Below, piece by piece: positions 62,751 through 64,000 of a stretch of DNA of 64,000 nt. This DNA is from Takakia lepidozioides. Taxonomy: Eukaryota; Plantae; Bryophyta. The stretch covers positions 35,340,001 through 35,404,000 of the forward strand of contig CM060733.1 in the NCBI GenBank assembly GCA_030704615.1, read 5' to 3'. The notes under the pieces were generated by a model that saw only the letters and a list, made by a program, of their open reading frames with translations, was not told the DNA's origin and made no database searches. Position numbers and translations under genes: made by a program. Within the stretch, counting starts at the first letter, position 1, and each line of letters starts with the position of its first letter.

Positions 62751-64000
62751 ATGAGGTGTTCACTTGTCATCTGTTTTTTGTTCAATGCGAAGAAAAAAAA
62801 ATCCTGCAATGCGTGCATGGCTATTGCACCCATTGAACGGATGTGGTTGAAGCCCCTCTTTTTCCCCCATGTGCTTGAACATGTACGGAGACACATTAGA
62901 CGAATAAATCATTTGCCTCCTCATCGACGCGCCCACCCCTCAAACCATTCCAGAATTTAAATTCATTTTAAGCCAATAAATAGGTTTGCACTGCCTTTCA
63001 TTGGGGATTTCTGGCACGTATCGATTTTGTTTTTGGCTCAATTTTGTTCTGCGGCTTCAAGCATCCCACCGCTACTCCCCCGCCAAAATTTGGACCAATA
63101 AAAAATGCCCCAAAAAAAAGTGTTCTCTTTGCTTACTATTGCAGAACTCTCTATGAAGAGTGCATGAAATAAAACACAAATCAAGTTTGGAGTGCAAAGC
63201 AGGGAAGAAACTGTGGTTTTCGGTCCAAATATATTATGTTTGCTCCCAAATTTGGCACGCACGTTGCATATGGAGTCATTACATGCCCCATTCAAAATGG
63301 AATGAATTTTTTTTTTGTGAGCACGCGAAACACAATCCAACAGGTCCCAGAGTAATAGCAAATCCAACGGAATATATTAAATGGGTGAATGGAAGTACGC
63401 CCAAGCAGCCCATCAATGCAAGGATCCTCGAGCCACTACCTCCTGGGAGCTTGGCACATACCGGTCCCTCGCCCTTGGCCTTCTTTTTATGCTGAAGAAA
63501 CCCGCACGGTGCTCCAGGCGTTTGCTAGTCCATACGTATAAGGGATGTTTCTCATGATCACACTTTGTCTTATCTCGCCCGCTAACACACTCGTCATGCA
63601 TCACAAAGAAGCGTTTGCTACATCTGCCCACCATGTTCTCGATGGTGCAAGCAACAACACAGTACTTAGATGGCCCGGCCAGCCCGAGCTCTACAGTGTT
63701 GATGGAGGCCCGTGGATAAATGAGTATGAGAAGTTCTATGTTGGGGATTGCCTGACTGCTGCTCTGCACAGGGGCATGTGCGATGACTCTGGCACCCAAA
63801 TCTGCACATCTAATCCCTATTTTGTGAGGGCCCAATTATGGACCAGGCACACCAAGAGGCCCCATGGCAAACATGATTTTCTTCTTTCAGGTTTGAGAGT
63901 GATGCTTGGAGCAAAACCTGAGCTGACAATACCCGTTGTAGGGAGTAGCCAGCCAGTGCCCAAAAACAGCTTCAGTACGAGTACGACAACATTCGAGAGG

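Overview
Repeat-rich eukaryotic DNA with GT-AG introns and no intact host gene; the transposon families suggest a land plant, probably non-seed (inference). The window is a stack of nested transposons. (1) A complete 15.7-kb Mutator/MULE-family element (2680-18378, 9-bp TSD CCTAGCATG, short CATGAGC-rich TIRs). It encodes a GCM/WRKY-like + DDE + SWIM transposase, a multi-exon gene fusing a ParB/Srx-like domain to a prokaryote-type beta-class (N6A/N4C) DNA methyltransferase fold, and two head-to-head paralogous ~190-aa orphan ORFs. It also carries about 50 copies of the 22-bp palindrome GGAAATGCGG-YR-CCGCATTTCC, most of them in a 53-bp-periodic array. This is the best candidate for an undescribed system: a parS/ParB-like or VANC-like self-recognition and epigenetic module on a transposon. 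(2) That element sits inside a degenerate homologue of its own ParB-MTase gene, followed by a related MULE end. (3) The right arm of a CACTA element (TnpA-like, FCP1/NIF phosphatase-like and Tnp1 domains, plus LINE fragments) is inserted into the 3' ORF of a Ty3/gypsy copy. (4) A RING + protein-kinase region with GCGACCGCC hairpin arrays and 120-bp satellites; the kinase is split by a clean ~9.6-kb inversion and by (5) a full-length 13.5-kb non-chromovirus Ty3/gypsy element (46750-60205, TSD GTCCC) with a large conserved 3' extra ORF. Many frameshifts are homopolymer indels and may be sequencing errors. All domain calls are by eye from motifs, not database searches.
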